From IMG/VR virus record IMGVR_UViG_3300044637_000534, positions 1-58,251 of that record: DNA of 58,251 bases. The stretch is one strand, 5' to 3'. The notes under the pieces are model-generated. The model was given only the letters and a program-made list of their open reading frames with translations. It was not told where the DNA came from and made no database searches. This DNA comes from a virus (Duplodnaviria; Caudoviricetes). The position numbers and the translations under genes are program-made. Positions 43,650 through 52,770 of the stretch are shown in pieces; positions within the stretch are counted from its first letter, which is position 1; every line of letters starts with the position of its first letter.

Positions 43650-45187
43650 GAGTTTTCAGCGAACATATCGAGCAGGGTGTTCTGCACTTTTTGTTTCGCA
43701 CGGAGCCGGGAATACATCCGGCGTTCTGCATCCGTCGATTGAAACATCAAGACGAGTTGCTTGTGTTTCTGCCCCACGCGACGAATGCGGGCATTAGCCT
43801 GCTCGAAGATTTCGAGCGAGGTGGTGGGAGCAAACCAAATGATGGTGTCGGCTGCGGTCAGCGTGACGCCGTGCGCCATGCACTGCGGGTGCGCTACCAG
43901 AACGCGCAGCTTGTTGGTGTTCTGGAAGACGTTGAAGAGTTGGTCGCGGTCGCTTCTCGGCGTCTCACCCGACACGGTCGCGCAGTCGACGCCTTCCTTG
44001 TCGAGCCGCTCCTTGATGCCGTTGAGCGCGTGCACGAACGGCACGAACACGATCACCTTGCGCTCGGTACTCTCGATAGTATCGACCAGCGCCTGGAGGC
44101 GGCTGTCGTTGTCGAGCGGGACGACGTCCTTCTCGCGGGCATAGACCCAGCCAGCGCTGATCTGCAGCAGCTTGTTGAGGACAGCGCCCGCGTTCATCGC
44201 TGTGATCTCCTTGGCGGCGATCGCGGCGTAGGCGTTGTCCTTCATGTGCTTGTAGATGCGCTCCTGGTTCGGACCCATCTCGATGTCGACCGTGCGCTCG
44301 ACGAGCTCGGGCAGCTCGAGGATGTCGTCGAGCGTGTAGCGAACTGCGGGCTGCAGGGCAGCGAACGCCTTCTCGACAGCGTCAGGCTTGGGTGCCCATT
44401 TGAACTGCGTGATGCGGTGCATCACATCCTCGCGGAAGCGCGAGAAGAACTTCGGCACCGTGTTGGGTGTGACGATGGTGGCTTGCGCCCATGCGTCGGT
44501 GGGTTCGTTCGGCGTGGGCGAGCCGGTCATGCCCCACACCCACGGAACGCGGCGGGCTACTTCGCGAGTAACTTTGGTGCGGGCCGATCCGCCGTTGCGA
44601 TAGACGGCGAGCTCGTCCAGGCACAGCACGTCGATGTCGCTGCGCTTCTTGAGCTCATCGGCGATGACCTTCAGGCCGTCGTGATTGACGACGTAGATGT
44701 CGTGGTCCTCGGCCAGGCGCTCGAGCCGCTTGGCGCGTGAGCCGTGTAAAGTCACACACGACAGGTGCGGCAGCGTGTTGAACACCTCGCGCGCCCAGGT
44801 GAAGTTGAGCGTGGAGAGCGGGGCGACGACGAGCATCTTGTTGGCGAGGCCGACCGACCGCAGGTAGTCGAACGCCCACAGCGCGCTCTTGGTCTTGCCG
44901 GTGCCCATGCCGTTGAGGACGTAGGCGCGAGGGTTGGTCGTGAGCATCGCGCAGGTCTTGCGCTGCACGTCGAACGGCTTGCCGCCAGCCCAGTCGTAGT
45001 GCGTGAGGATCGGCGCCGGGACGTCGTAACCCAAGTTGCGCAGCACGCGCGTCTCTTCCAGCCCGTGCGGCAGCACGATGTGCGGGTTACCGTTGAGAGT
45101 AACGCGCTTGGCGGAGGGGAAGAGGTTGGCGATGTCGGGGCGATAGGGCACCCCGACAGCGCGGTGTTTTACTGAGACGTGGATCAT
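43646..45187 (-). CDS. SNF2-family helicase
   Basis: MGTGKT, LDELA, MTGSP, HGVTLT, QANARIRRVGQ. Confidence 0.92.
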   Translation of the reverse strand: MIHVSVKHRAVGVPYRPDIANLFPSAKRVTLNGNPHIVLPHGLEETRVLRNLGYDVPAPILTHYDWAGGKPFDVQRKTCAMLTTNPRAYVLNGMGTGKTKSALWAFDYLRSVGLANKMLVVAPLSTLNFTWAREVFNTLPHLSCVTLHGSRAKRLERLAEDHDIYVVNHDGLKVIADELKKRSDIDVLCLDELAVYRNGGSARTKVTREVARRVPWVWGMTGSPTPNEPTDAWAQATIVTPNTVPKFFSRFREDVMHRITQFKWAPKPDAVEKAFAALQPAVRYTLDDILELPELVERTVDIEMGPNQERIYKHMKDNAYAAIAAKEITAMNAGAVLNKLLQISAGWVYAREKDVVPLDNDSRLQALVDTIESTERKVIVFVPFVHALNGIKERLDKEGVDCATVSGETPRSDRDQLFNVFQNTNKLRVLVAHPQCMAHGVTLTAADTIIWFAPTTSLEIFEQANARIRRVGQKHKQLVLMFQSTDAERRMYSRLRAKQKVQNTLLDMFAENS

Positions 45188-45429
45188 TCCTGTTCTCCGG
45201 CTCGCTCGTTCATGAACGCGACGAGGTCGGTGACGCGGTAACGGATGAAAGCTCCGTTGCCGTAGAACTTCGGCCCGCGCTTCTGAGACCGCCAGTTGGC
45301 GAGCACTGGCGCAGTCGTGTCCAGAAAAGCTGCTGCGTGTTCTGAACTGATGAAAGCGTCGGGAGGCAGGATTTGGATTTCACTCAATAGGTTTGCGCGG
45401 TTCGTGGGTGTCATTGGTGGTCGAGCCAT
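45184..45429 (-). CDS. Excisionase/AlpA-like HTH protein
   Basis: AAAFLD...LANWRSQKRGPKFY...IRYRVTDL. Confidence 0.75.
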   Translation of the reverse strand: MARPPMTPTNRANLLSEIQILPPDAFISSEHAAAFLDTTAPVLANWRSQKRGPKFYGNGAFIRYRVTDLVAFMNERAGEQE

Positions 45430-45698
45430 TCCTTCAGTTGCGTTGTGTCTCCGTCGATCACGAAGACGGCACCGCCAGCGCGGGTGATCGCTGCGATGGT
45501 TTGTTGTTGTCGGTCAGTCGGGTGCTTGCCGGGGGCTTTGGTTTCGACGCTGAAGAAGCGCCCCTTGTAACATCCGATGTAATCGAGACCGCTTTTCCCG
45601 TACCCACCAGGCACGGGCATTTCGTAATACAGACCAGGGTACTTCTTGAGTAACTCGGTCACTTTTCTTTTTACTTTGCCTTCCGGCGTCGACATCAC
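45411..45698 (-). CDS. VRR-NUC nuclease / resolvase-like protein
   Basis: PEGKVK...GKSGLDY...FFSVETKAPG. Confidence 0.85.
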   Translation of the reverse strand: MMSTPEGKVKRKVTELLKKYPGLYYEMPVPGGYGKSGLDYIGCYKGRFFSVETKAPGKHPTDRQQQTIAAITRAGGAVFVIDGDTTQLKEWLDHQ

Positions 45699-46387
45699 TC
45701 ACCGTTGTGGGGACACTGTGTAACAGGGCACCAACGGCGGCAGAGGTTTCCAGGCTTGGGTGGGTAGTTCACTGCGACAGCGGCTGCTTCGAGCTGCTGC
45801 ACGCGGGGGAGAAGTCCGTTCCAGATCTTCGGCATGTCCTCGCGGGTGAAGTCAGCGCGGGTGGTCGCGTCTTCCTTCAGCCAGACAAACTCGGTGCGGA
45901 TCTTCTGCACGTCAGGATGATGAGCGAACACGCACTGCGCCATGAGCGCGAGCTGCGAGCCATCCTCCTGGATCTTGCCCGTCTTCCAATCGAGAACGAC
46001 TGCGACGGGGCCAACGATCTTGATGACGTCAGCGATACCGCGATACCAAGCCTGATCGCCGAACCACGAGCACGGGCTGAAGTCCTTGTCGATCGCCAGC
46101 TTCTGCTCGACGAGGATCTTGCCGTTGCCGCTACCGATGACCTTGGTGCACCACTCTTCGAATTTGGCGAAGGGCTTCGGCAGCTCGGTGTTCTTCTCGA
46201 TCCGCTCGGCAAGCGCCTTGTGCAGCGCGTTGCCGTACTGGATGTGCTCGCTCTCTTCTTCCTTCACGTCCTTGGCGACGTCGAGATGCCAATGACGTTT
46301 CGGGCAGGTCTCGAAATTCTTCAGCTTCGAATATGACCAGGCGAAAGGCTTAGGCTTATTACGTGTGGTAGTAACCGTGAAACTCAT
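45695..46387 (-). CDS. PD-(D/E)xK Cas4-like exonuclease
   Basis: WSYSKLKNFETCP, GNALH, DWKTGK, QL, CRRWCPV..C. Confidence 0.87.
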   Translation of the reverse strand: MSFTVTTTRNKPKPFAWSYSKLKNFETCPKRHWHLDVAKDVKEEESEHIQYGNALHKALAERIEKNTELPKPFAKFEEWCTKVIGSGNGKILVEQKLAIDKDFSPCSWFGDQAWYRGIADVIKIVGPVAVVLDWKTGKIQEDGSQLALMAQCVFAHHPDVQKIRTEFVWLKEDATTRADFTREDMPKIWNGLLPRVQQLEAAAVAVNYPPKPGNLCRRWCPVTQCPHNGE

Positions 46388-46569
46388 GCAACCCGTTCCA
46401 ATTTAGGCGGGCGCTGTCTGAGTTCTTTCAGCAGTTCCCGCGCCGCGTACTCCGTGTGGCACTCGGCCACGGTGATCCAGGTTTCCCCGATGCTACGGCG
46501 GGCGACGAACCACTTGCCCCGTTTGGTGGTGGGCATGTGGATGAGAGAGTATTGGGTGCGAGTTGTCAT
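46384..46569 (-). CDS. Hypothetical protein
   Basis: ATGA-coupled. Confidence 0.6.
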   Translation of the reverse strand: MTTRTQYSLIHMPTTKRGKWFVARRSIGETWITVAECHTEYAARELLKELRQRPPKLERVA

Positions 46570-46585
46570 GGTGTGATTTCCGCCC

Positions 46586-46969
46586 TTACTTGCGAAGTAA
46601 GTTCAGCTTGGTGATGAGTTCATCAGACGGGAATAAAGTGTGACCGTCCGATAGTGTTACGGGATGACCGTTGACTACGACAAAGACATGGACCGTCTCG
46701 CCGGAGCGGTGAGCTTCGAGAAACTCGAACGGTATCAGTTCGCCGACTGCCATATGCAGCCGCATGAAGATCATCTGCTTCAGGTCGAGATAGGGTTGGG
46801 AGGCGTACTTACCAAGCGTACTATTCTCCATCGCTGCCGCTTGTATTTCCTTATCCCTGACCATCTTCACATAATCTGAGTAACGGGCTTCAGACAGTGG
46901 ATCTCGACCGGGACGCCAATTAGGTACTGTGACCATCATCTCACCTCTATCAAATGCTGAGACGCCCAT
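46586..46969 (-). CDS. Hypothetical protein
   Basis: GGAGGTAAC RBS; C-terminal LFPSDELITKL. Confidence 0.7.
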   Translation of the reverse strand: MGVSAFDRGEMMVTVPNWRPGRDPLSEARYSDYVKMVRDKEIQAAAMENSTLGKYASQPYLDLKQMIFMRLHMAVGELIPFEFLEAHRSGETVHVFVVVNGHPVTLSDGHTLFPSDELITKLNLLRK

Positions 46970-47426
46970 CAGTTACCTCCGCAGTAACGATCTGCACGGG
47001 TACTCGGGCTTCATCGAACATCTGCTGAGCGACAGCGAAGTTCTCTTCCCAGGCGTGCGGCTTCGTCGGCATGTAAGCGACGACGCGCGCGATGCCCGCC
47101 TGGATGATGATGCCGGTGCAGTTGGCGCAGGGGTGAAGCGGCGACACATAAAGCGTGCAGCCTTTGACGGACTGGCTCGCCGTGAGGATCGCGTTGGCCT
47201 CGGCGTGAACCGTGCGCAGCAGCTTTACGGCACGGTCCTGATAAAGGGCGCCTTCGTCACGCACCTTGCGTGGGAAGCCGTTATAACCAACCGACACGAT
47301 GGTGCGGTTCGGTCGCACGATAACCGCACCGACTTGCGTCGAGGGGTCCTTCGACCAAGCGCTGATGTGCTTAGCCAGATCAAGAAATCTTTGATCCCAT
47401 TTTTCATAATTGCTCGTGGTGCTCAT
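46950..47426 (-). CDS. dCMP deaminase
   Basis: WSKDPSTQVGA, GYNGFP, HAEANA, PCANC; likely start MSTTSNY at 47426. Confidence 0.92.
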   Translation of the reverse strand: MSTTSNYEKWDQRFLDLAKHISAWSKDPSTQVGAVIVRPNRTIVSVGYNGFPRKVRDEGALYQDRAVKLLRTVHAEANAILTASQSVKGCTLYVSPLHPCANCTGIIIQAGIARVVAYMPTKPHAWEENFAVAQQMFDEARVPVQIVTAEVTDGRLSI

Positions 47427-47437
47427 GGGTGGTTCCG

Positions 47438-47468
47438 AAAAGGCTCCCGGTGTCTGGGCACCGGGAGC
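47438..47468 (-). terminator. Terminator/attenuator hairpin just upstream of dCMP deaminase
   Basis: On -: GCTCCCGGTG-CCCAGA-CACCGGGAGC-CTTTT. Confidence 0.65.
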
Positions 47469-47565
47469 AAGTGGGGCTTTCGAACAGACAGTCAGGACAG
47501 GAGCTGAGCTACAAAGCGGCTTTGGTCCCAGACAGCAGCACCATGCTGCTATCTCTCTCGCACTG

Positions 47566-47910
47566 TCAGGCAGAGAGCTCGTGAGGCTCATTACTATTGG
47601 CAGTAATGATGGCCTTAATCTTGTCTTTCATATCCGGCTCGAGCCAATAGCCCACGCAATGCCGGGACTTGATCTCGATGCCGTGCGGCTTGAGCTTGTG
47701 GCGCAGCCGATGAATAGCGACCTTGGCGGTCGTCGCGATGCCGAGGCGCTCCTCGATCATCACTGGAGTAACGTGCGGGAGCTGCATCATCAGCCCCATG
47801 ATCTTCCGCAGCGCTGGCGATAGATCGAGCTTGATGAGCGCAGGATCGACGAGGCCGAGCGCAGCTTCCAGTTCTCTGACGCGCTCGCGTAGGGCTTCAA
47901 CCTCAGTCAT
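47566..47910 (-). CDS. Stand-alone OmpR/PhoB-type winged-helix protein with N-terminal coiled coil
   Basis: LSPALRKIMGLM...AKVAIHRLRHKLKPHGIEIKSRHCVGYWL; no receiver domain. Confidence 0.75.
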   Translation of the reverse strand: MTEVEALRERVRELEAALGLVDPALIKLDLSPALRKIMGLMMQLPHVTPVMIEERLGIATTAKVAIHRLRHKLKPHGIEIKSRHCVGYWLEPDMKDKIKAIITANSNEPHELSA

Positions 47911-48061
47911 TGGCCGCTCCATTGATCTGTTCGGCGTACAGGTGAAGGAAGCGTTCACTATCTTCCGTCTGCCGATCAGCCGCAGAAGCAGCGGCCATGA
48001 GCGCCATGCCGAGGGCACCGAATAGCCCTCCCGACGCGAAACCAATGATAAACCAGAACAT
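47903..48061 (-). CDS. Small membrane protein
   Basis: MFWFIIGFASGGLFGALGMALMAAA; AGGAAG RBS. Confidence 0.7.
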   Translation of the reverse strand: MFWFIIGFASGGLFGALGMALMAAASAADRQTEDSERFLHLYAEQINGAAND

Positions 48062-48118
48062 AGGCGCTTCCTGTTTCGGGGTGGTTTGGCCTGTCTTCGG
48101 GGGTGTTTCGATCCAAGT

Positions 48119-48148
48119 AAAAAGGGTGGGGGTTGTTAGCCCCCACCT
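48119..48148 (-). terminator. Rho-independent terminator downstream of DNA polymerase gene
   Basis: AAAAA-GGGTGGGGGTT-GTT-AGCCCCCACC on +. Confidence 0.65.
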
Positions 48149-48250
48149 AGTCAAGGGAGGAAACGCCCAAGGACTGGCCCTCGAACAAGAAGAAGATAAA
48201 TCCGGTTTTCCGCCATTGCAAGGGTTACAAGGAAGTTAAACCCCTATTGG

Positions 48251-50119
48251 TTACTTTGCATTACCATAAGACGGACCACTTTCGGCCTCTGCGCTCAAAG
48301 GCAGGCCGACCGCCCATTCTGGTGCTGTCGACATCTCCTGAAGCACGAGCGCCTTGACCACGGTGGTCAGATCCTCCGGCACCACGTAGATCAATTCGTC
48401 GTGGACCTGACCGGCGAGGCGCACGTCGTGCATGGCGAGCGGCTTGCGCAGCCGGACAGCGGCGTCCATCACCACGATGCGGGCGAGCGCCTGCACGATG
48501 TTTTCGAGGAGCTTGCCGCCGAAGATGCGCTTGCCCTTGGTCCGACCGAAATCGAACACCCACTGCCCGTCCTCGTGGCGGAGGTTCTTGTAATAGAGGG
48601 ACAGGCCGGACGGCAGGTCGATCTGGCCAGGCCCGGCGGTTACTCCGCAAGTAACGGGACCGAGCCGAGCCGTGCCCTTGCCGGAGCTGATGAGCGACAG
48701 CGTGTTGTTCAACGTCTGCCACATCGCCGGGATCTTGGGGTAGGTGGTGCGGTAGGCGTTGACGATGCGCTGGGCTTCCTCATCGCCGAGCTCGATCTGC
48801 TCGCCGAGCTGGTTCTTGGAGAGGATCTTGACGGTGGCTTGGAACTTCATCCACCCCATGCCGTAGCCCAGGCCGAGCACGGCGGTCTTTCCGATCCAGC
48901 GCTCCTTCTTGTCGGCCTTGGTGATGGTGCGACCGAACACGACAGAGGCGAACGAGCAGTAGACGTCCTCGCCATTGGCGAACTGGTCGACTAGGTTCTG
49001 CTGGCCCGCGAACCAAGCGACCATGCGTGCCTCAATTTGTGCAGCGTCTGCCGCGATGACGACGTATCCGTCCGGGGCCTTGAGTGCTTTTCGCAGTTTG
49101 CCGCCACGAGGCAGGTTCTGCATGTTGATCCCCCAGTCGCCCGACAGGCGGTGGGTGTGCGCGCCGGAGTAGCGCAGCGGGATCGGCATGAGTGCGCGAG
49201 ATCCGTCCGGCCACACCAGGTTGGCGATCGTCAGGAACTTCTCCGTGCGGCTCTCCTCGAGCGTGGACTTGAGCCCGAGCCGTGCCGTGACGAGTGCCTG
49301 CACGTCTGGGCTCTCGTGCTCCTCGAGCTCGAGGAAGGCGGGGTCGGTCTTGGAGAAGGCGTAGGTACTCTTGCCAGTAACCAGCGACGTCTTCATGGGA
49401 GGCTCGACGCCGAGGGTTCTGAGCGCCTGGGCGAAGCGCTCGTTGCTCATCAGGTCGTCGCGCGATGTGAGGCCCGCACGCTGGAGGAGCTCGCTCTTGG
49501 ACTGGCGCACCTCGTTCAGGTGTTCGGCGAGCAGGTAACTGTCGAGAGTAAAGATGGGCTGCACCGCGCAGCGCAGCACCATGTCCTGGATGACCAGCTC
49601 GTGCACCGGGAACGGCAGCATCTTCTGATAGATGGTGCGGCACAGAGCGACGTCGTTGATCGCGTACTCGACCAGACCTTCGTAGACACCAGCCTGGCGC
49701 ATGGCCACGGCGTTCATGCCTTTGACGTTGTGAATGGCGTCACCCTTCGCCCCGATCCCAAAATGGGTTGCGAGTGACGCGAGCGATAGTGAGTTGGTGT
49801 TATAGGCAAGGCGGGCTCGCGCCATGCCGAGCGTGTCGATCATCAGCCGAGGGACGATGCCATAGCGATACGACAGGATCGCCATGTCGAAGAGTGCGTT
49901 GTGCGAGACGACCTTGCTGCTGATGAGCAGCTCGTAATTATCTTCGCACCAGCGGTCGAAGTGCTCGCCGTTCAGCCAGAACGGCTCGTCGCCTTCAATC
50001 GCGACGGCAACACCGATCGTCTCGAAGCGCGGATCGAGGATGTACTCGACGGGCGTCATGCGCCGCAGCGAGTAGTCGGTATCATAAAAGGTTTCGAAAT
50101 CGAGGAAGACGGTCTGCAT
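48251..50119 (-). CDS. Family A DNA polymerase with 3'-5' exonuclease
   Basis: DFET, HNALFD, DAAQIEAR (motif A), KTAVLGLGYG (motif B), QVHDE (motif C). Confidence 0.95.
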   Translation of the reverse strand: MQTVFLDFETFYDTDYSLRRMTPVEYILDPRFETIGVAVAIEGDEPFWLNGEHFDRWCEDNYELLISSKVVSHNALFDMAILSYRYGIVPRLMIDTLGMARARLAYNTNSLSLASLATHFGIGAKGDAIHNVKGMNAVAMRQAGVYEGLVEYAINDVALCRTIYQKMLPFPVHELVIQDMVLRCAVQPIFTLDSYLLAEHLNEVRQSKSELLQRAGLTSRDDLMSNERFAQALRTLGVEPPMKTSLVTGKSTYAFSKTDPAFLELEEHESPDVQALVTARLGLKSTLEESRTEKFLTIANLVWPDGSRALMPIPLRYSGAHTHRLSGDWGINMQNLPRGGKLRKALKAPDGYVVIAADAAQIEARMVAWFAGQQNLVDQFANGEDVYCSFASVVFGRTITKADKKERWIGKTAVLGLGYGMGWMKFQATVKILSKNQLGEQIELGDEEAQRIVNAYRTTYPKIPAMWQTLNNTLSLISSGKGTARLGPVTCGVTAGPGQIDLPSGLSLYYKNLRHEDGQWVFDFGRTKGKRIFGGKLLENIVQALARIVVMDAAVRLRKPLAMHDVRLAGQVHDELIYVVPEDLTTVVKALVLQEMSTAPEWAVGLPLSAEAESGPSYGNAK

Positions 50120-50153
50120 CGTAACTCCAAGGTTACTTCAAGAAGTTGTGGTG

Positions 50154-50264
50154 TTGACAGATTAAGGCACAATATCTATCTACTGCACTAGCCACGGCGG
50201 TGGCGCTCCTGGGTGGGAGTTAATGGGCGGCGAGGTTGGTGGTCCTCGCCGCCCAATTTGTTTT
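50154..50264 (+). ncRNA. Candidate small RNA with own sigma70-like promoter
   Basis: TTGACA-N17-TATCTA, two short hairpins, then 12-bp stem plus TTTGTTTT. Confidence 0.4.
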
Positions 50265-50938
50265 CAAGCCCCTGCGTGCATGATCCATCGGGTCTCGACC
50301 TGCTTGCGGAAGTTGAACGTCAGACCGCGACCGACGGTGTGCTTGCTGGGCAGCAGCGATGCCTGCGCGATGAGCGCGTTGTAGTCAGCGATCGCCTGAC
50401 GAGCACCGGCAGGGAGGGACGGGATGTTGCGCCCCGTTGGCGTGTCGGAGAGCTTGCTGGCGAGCTCTTCCTCGTTGCCGACCTTGAGCAGCGTCACGAT
50501 GCCCGGCAGCAGATAGCGCACCTGCTTTGGTGACGAGCAGATGCTGTCCAGCAGATGCAGGACTTGCTCACCGCGACGGAAGCGATCACAGACCTCGCTC
50601 ATGCTGTCGGCCCACGCCATGAGCTTCTCCGCGAAGGGCCATTCGCTCTTCATCGGGTAGTTCTTCTGCATCGCATAAATGGGCAGCGGTGCGGACACCT
50701 CGCAGTCGACGTTGATGAAGTTGGTGTCGTGGACGAGCGTGATGATCGAGTGGTAGTGGCCCGCACGCATCCCGAGCTCCTTGGCACGGGCGCAGATCTC
50801 CAGATCATCTGGGTTGACGACGGCCTCGACAACCTGACGCGGATCGATCTTAACCTCATGGATAGATGTCATGCGGTTGGCGAGGGTAGCGTGCGCTCCG
50901 ATTACGGATTGGAAGGCAGACTTGCTTAGTGCAGCCAT
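50264..50938 (-). CDS. Hypothetical protein
   Basis: 224 aa; AGGAGTAAC RBS. Confidence 0.8.
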   Translation of the reverse strand: MAALSKSAFQSVIGAHATLANRMTSIHEVKIDPRQVVEAVVNPDDLEICARAKELGMRAGHYHSIITLVHDTNFINVDCEVSAPLPIYAMQKNYPMKSEWPFAEKLMAWADSMSEVCDRFRRGEQVLHLLDSICSSPKQVRYLLPGIVTLLKVGNEEELASKLSDTPTGRNIPSLPAGARQAIADYNALIAQASLLPSKHTVGRGLTFNFRKQVETRWIMHAGA

Positions 50939-51129
50939 ATGTTACTCCTGAAGTAATTGGTGGAAGGAAGTGTGGGGATTGCCAGGTTTCACGGTGTTGG
51001 ACGTTCGTTCCTAAACGGGGGCACCGAACCTAACCTTGTTGTCGCCTTCAGACCGTGCGGCCTATGAACACCGCACGCTGTCACGCTCACCCGACCCCAC
51101 TGGCGGTCGTGGGAAAGGAGGCTCCCCCG

Positions 51130-52446
51130 TCAGGATTTCTTGATGGGACACTCGACGACGTCGCCGAAGGGATACTTCTGAGCGTTCTTCGAGATGTCGC
51201 CCCACAGCACCGGATAGGCGGGCGCTGCGGATGGAAACGAGCCGTCGCCGTCGGTCAGATAGACGAGAGCATCGGGCGTGATGTGATGCTCGGCGAGATA
51301 GTCGAACACCGGCACGAACGATGTGCCGCCCCAACCAGGCACAGGCTTGCAGCGCAGAGCGTGCAGGTCGCCAGCGTCCTCGACCTCATCGACGCGATGA
51401 ACCTTGGCGTCACACCAGACAACCATGAGGCGCTTGGGGCGAACGTCATCGAGGATGCCGGAGAGCTCGGCGAAGAAGCGGTCGATGATGGTGGGGTCCA
51501 TGGCGATGGAGCCAGACGTGTCGATGCCGACGACGACCGTGCCAGCGGCGTGACCGGAGCGACCGGGTGCATAGACCGGATCGTCGCGCGTAATCATGCG
51601 GCGATCGGGGCGGCGCCAATCGTAGCCACCGGCACCGACCTTGCGGGCGAAGAAGGCTTCGATCTTGTCGGTCCAGGGAACCTCGGGCTCGAGGATGTCG
51701 CCCAAGAACTTCTCGAGTGCGGCGGGCAGCTTGCCCTGAGCCTTGGCAGCGGCAGCACCGGCAGCAACTGCCTGCTTCCACTCGATGTCGTTGCGCTGAG
51801 ACTGAGCATCGTCAGGGCTGTTACCCTGAGAGTTACCGGGAGGCAGATGCTGGTCGAAGCCCTCGCCTCGCTCCTTGCCACTGCCGCCGCCACCACCTTG
51901 CTCGTCGTTGTACACCTTGCGATAGGCGTCGATGGCGCTGTCGTTGCCGTTGACGAGCTTAGGGTCGTGCAGCCAGGCAGTGTTGAATTGGCCGACCTTG
52001 GCCTCGATGAGGCAGTCGTTGATGACCAGGTCGGTCGCCACGTTCATGGTCTTGGGCTGATACTTGAGCTTGGTGCCGTCGGCGTAGCGGATCTCGCCAC
52101 GCTTGTTGAAGACGTGCATCTGTCCGCAGTGATCCCAGATGCCGTGCATAACCTCGTGCGCGATGATGAAGATGCGCTCGGCGAGCGAGTGCTTGAAGAA
52201 CGTGTCGGGGTTGAGGATGAGAGCGCAGCCGTCGGTGGCGGCGATCGGCACGTCCTTGGAGAACAGTGCGATGTGCTCGGAACCGTGCGGGTTCATCATG
52301 GTGTAGAGCACATGGGAGAAGGCGGGGCAGTTCCACAGGAACGCAGCGCGCGTCTCGGTCCAGAGCCTGAGTTGCTGGCCGGTCAGCTCGCACGGGGTGA
52401 ATGTGCCGCGCTTGTCTTCGGTCTCGTACTTAGCCAATGCTGTCAT
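51130..52446 (-). CDS. HExxH metallopeptidase-like plus vWA domain protein (DUF2201-like)
   Basis: AATDG, AHEVMH, NVATDLVIN; vWA DTSGS MIDAS, GGTSF, YLTDG. Confidence 0.88.
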   Translation of the reverse strand: MTALAKYETEDKRGTFTPCELTGQQLRLWTETRAAFLWNCPAFSHVLYTMMNPHGSEHIALFSKDVPIAATDGCALILNPDTFFKHSLAERIFIIAHEVMHGIWDHCGQMHVFNKRGEIRYADGTKLKYQPKTMNVATDLVINDCLIEAKVGQFNTAWLHDPKLVNGNDSAIDAYRKVYNDEQGGGGGSGKERGEGFDQHLPPGNSQGNSPDDAQSQRNDIEWKQAVAAGAAAAKAQGKLPAALEKFLGDILEPEVPWTDKIEAFFARKVGAGGYDWRRPDRRMITRDDPVYAPGRSGHAAGTVVVGIDTSGSIAMDPTIIDRFFAELSGILDDVRPKRLMVVWCDAKVHRVDEVEDAGDLHALRCKPVPGWGGTSFVPVFDYLAEHHITPDALVYLTDGDGSFPSAAPAYPVLWGDISKNAQKYPFGDVVECPIKKS

Positions 52447-52451
52447 GGTGG

Positions 52452-52769
52452 TTACTCCTCGTCAGTAACTTCTGCGTAGATGTCGATGCCCTCGTCGCCG
52501 TCGAGCGGATCGAAGGCGGACACGGCGATCATGGGTTTGTGTTCGTCGGAGATGAGCGATGCCGCAGCGAGCAGGCCCTGAGCAGAGCGGGCCGCAGCCT
52601 TGCGGACGATGTTAAACTTCTCGGGATCTTTGTAACGAACCTTGAGTTCGATGGTGACTGTCTTCTGCATAGAGTAGCCTCCTAGTTCGGCCATGTCGGC
52701 CAGGTTGTTGATGTTGAAGATGCGCCGCCCGTTCACGAATGTGGGCGGTCCCCAGTAATCCTTCCCCAT
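52452..52769 (-). CDS. Hypothetical protein (alternative start 52670)
   Basis: Tiles operon; AGGAGG before internal ATG. Confidence 0.65.
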   Translation of the reverse strand: MGKDYWGPPTFVNGRRIFNINNLADMAELGGYSMQKTVTIELKVRYKDPEKFNIVRKAAARSAQGLLAAASLISDEHKPMIAVSAFDPLDGDEGIDIYAEVTDEE

Positions 52770-52770
52770 G

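Noticed and set aside
45695-46387. Cas4 as part of a CRISPR system
   Set aside because: Stand-alone Cas4-like exonuclease in a standard phage replication module; no other cas genes
47427-47591. 55-aa N-terminal extension of dCMP deaminase
   Set aside because: The family fold begins at MSTTSNYEKWDQRF; the extension overlaps hairpins and a terminator
50975-51045. Hammerhead ribozyme (CTGAAGG...GAAAC on the - strand)
   Set aside because: Core deviates from CUGANGA and I could not build the three required stems
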